Positions 30,846-32,000 of a DNA stretch of 32,000 bases are shown one piece after another. Position 1 is the first letter of the stretch, and each line of letters starts with the position of its first letter. The DNA is from Candidatus Iainarchaeum sp. Its GTDB lineage: Archaea; Iainarchaeota; Iainarchaeia; Iainarchaeales; 0-14-0-20-34-12. Location: NCBI GenBank assembly GCA_030649345.1, contig JAUSKK010000038.1, forward strand, positions 54,315-86,314, read 5' to 3'. A model generated the notes under the pieces. The model had not been told where the DNA came from. It saw only the letters and a list, made by a program, of their open reading frames with translations, and searched no databases. The translations under genes were made by a program, and so were the position numbers.

Positions 30846-31511
30846 ATGAAAAAATTGTTTGTATTCGACTGGAATGGCTGCTTGCTGGCAGATACTAAAA
30901 TTTGCTGGAAAGCCAACAATTATGTGTTAGAACATTTTAAACGAAAGCCTATTTCGTTGAAGCGATTCCAAGAAACCATTGTTGTGCCCATTCAAGAATT
31001 CTATAAACTTAATGGCTTTACAGAAAAAGAAGTTCAAACCATTGGTCCGCAAATTTCCAAAATATTTCATGAAAAATATGCACAAACTGCAAAAAATTGC
31101 AGAACCCGAAAAGGAACTGTAGAATTGCTGGACTGGATACGCAAACAAGGAAGTACTGCAATTATTCTAAGCAATCACCACCTGCAAGAATTAGAACAAC
31201 AACTTAAGAGATTAAACTTGCGGGATTATTTTTCAGAAATATTTGCAAACTCAGACCAACATGAAGTTGTGTTGCGGAAAAATAAACAAGAAAAACTAGA
31301 AAACTATTTAAAGACACAAAATATTGGAAAAAAAGATATTGTGATTTTAGGGGATAGTGTAGAAGAAATTCATGTAGGAAAACATTTGGGAATTACGAGT
31401 ATTGCTGTGACTGGCGGGAATTATTCAAAAGCTCGCTTGCTGGCAGAAAAACCAGACTATTTAGTGAATCATTTAATGGAAGTTAAACGCATTTTTGAGA
31501 AAGAATTTTGA
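30846..31511 (+). CDS. HAD-superfamily hydrolase (phosphoglycolate phosphatase-like) with atypical motif I
   Basis: FVFDWNGCLLAD (motif I, DxN instead of DxD), ILSNH (motif II) and LGDSVEEIHVGKHLG (motif IV). Confidence 0.75.
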   Translation: MKKLFVFDWNGCLLADTKICWKANNYVLEHFKRKPISLKRFQETIVVPIQEFYKLNGFTEKEVQTIGPQISKIFHEKYAQTAKNCRTRKGTVELLDWIRKQGSTAIILSNHHLQELEQQLKRLNLRDYFSEIFANSDQHEVVLRKNKQEKLENYLKTQNIGKKDIVILGDSVEEIHVGKHLGITSIAVTGGNYSKARLLAEKPDYLVNHLMEVKRIFEKEF

Positions 31512-31650
31512 TGTTTTATGCCTGCAATATTAAAGGCTGTTTAATGCAATATATTGAATCAAATATGGCTTTTTATTGGTTCAATTTTGTGCCCGAAGGT
31601 TTTTAAAGATAAAATAGTATATTAGTTATAGTATTCAATGGAGGCTAATT

Positions 31651-31887
31651 ATGTCCAATGTATTAATTTATACCACAAACACGTGTTCGTATTGTGTGAT
31701 GGCTAAAGATTTTTTTAAACAAAACAATGTTTCGTATGTGGAAGTTAATGTATCCAATGATCCAAGGAAAGCAGATGAAATGATTGAAAAATCTGGTCAA
31801 ACTGGAGTTCCAGTCATAGACATTAATGGGAAAATTATTATTGGATTTGACAAGCGAGCCATCAAAGAAGCCTTGAATTTACAGTAA
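31651..31887 (+). CDS. Glutaredoxin-like protein (YruB/NrdH-like)
   Basis: VLIYTTNTCSYCVMAKDFF (CxxC), TGVPVIDINGKIIIGFD. GGAGG at 31641-31645. Confidence 0.85.
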   Translation: MSNVLIYTTNTCSYCVMAKDFFKQNNVSYVEVNVSNDPRKADEMIEKSGQTGVPVIDINGKIIIGFDKRAIKEALNLQ

Positions 31888-31898
31888 AAAGTGAAAAT

Positions 31899-32000
31899 AT
31901 GCCTGAAGTTGAAATTTTACATGAAAAATTTAAATGCATTGGCTGTGCCACCTGTACTGCTTTGCATCCTAAGTATTGGGTGATGGAAGGAATGAAAGCA
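31899..32000 (+). CDS. 4Fe-4S ferredoxin-like protein, 5' partial (runs off window)
   Basis: MPEVEILHEKFKCIGCATCTALHPKYW contains CxxCxxC. The ORF is open to the window end. Confidence 0.55.
   Translation, partial: MPEVEILHEKFKCIGCATCTALHPKYWVMEGMKA

Noticed and set aside
1-32000. Looked for tRNA/rRNA genes, CRISPR repeats, integrase/transposase genes and stop-codon recoding (e.g. UGA as sense)
   Set aside because: I saw no cloverleaf-like or rRNA-like conserved segments, no short direct repeat arrays and no recombinase motifs. TGA terminates well-supported genes (e.g. 9205-9207 and 19974-19976), so the standard code fits.

Overview
AT-rich prokaryotic window. It is best explained as a DPANN-type archaeon. 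Supporting signals: TATA-like boxes 20-30 nt upstream of several start codons (leaderless-style genes), a KaiC-like ATPase with V4R proteins, and a divergent UbiA prenyltransferase / geranylgeranyl-reductase pair. However, purA and the fused ribBA look bacterial-type, so a CPR bacterium or extensive HGT cannot be excluded.

Layout:
(1) 0-5.9 kb: housekeeping purA, guaB and ribBA, interleaved with two paralogous lipoproteins.
(2) 5.9-21.2 kb: an accessory region bounded by three type II TA modules: RHH-VapC, ParD/RelE-ParE-like, and HicB with a hicA split by a 52-nt palindromic insertion. It contains two tandem paralogs with KPKPK tails, a V4R protein and a tightly coupled four-gene operon (8692-19976).
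(3) 21.5-32 kb: KaiC-like ATPase + V4R, UbiA/GGR pair, a 958-aa secreted Cys-rich protein, asnS, a SAM methyltransferase, an NYN-domain protein, a HAD hydrolase, a glutaredoxin-like protein and the start of a ferredoxin.

The four-gene operon encodes a membrane-anchored protein, a secreted Cys-rich PPC-domain protein, a 2,892-aa surface protein and a 210-aa ORF starting 2 nt after the giant gene's stop. The giant protein has about 8.5 copies of a 492-nt Ig didomain unit, two TSP3-like Ca-binding arrays, a CARDB-like domain, hydrophobic helices and a C-terminal PD-(D/E)xK-like nuclease signature. This operon is the strongest candidate for a novel system: an archaeal polymorphic-toxin/immunity or SPEARE-like host-interaction system.

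No tRNA, rRNA or CRISPR array was seen. All family assignments come from motif reading by eye; no database search was run.
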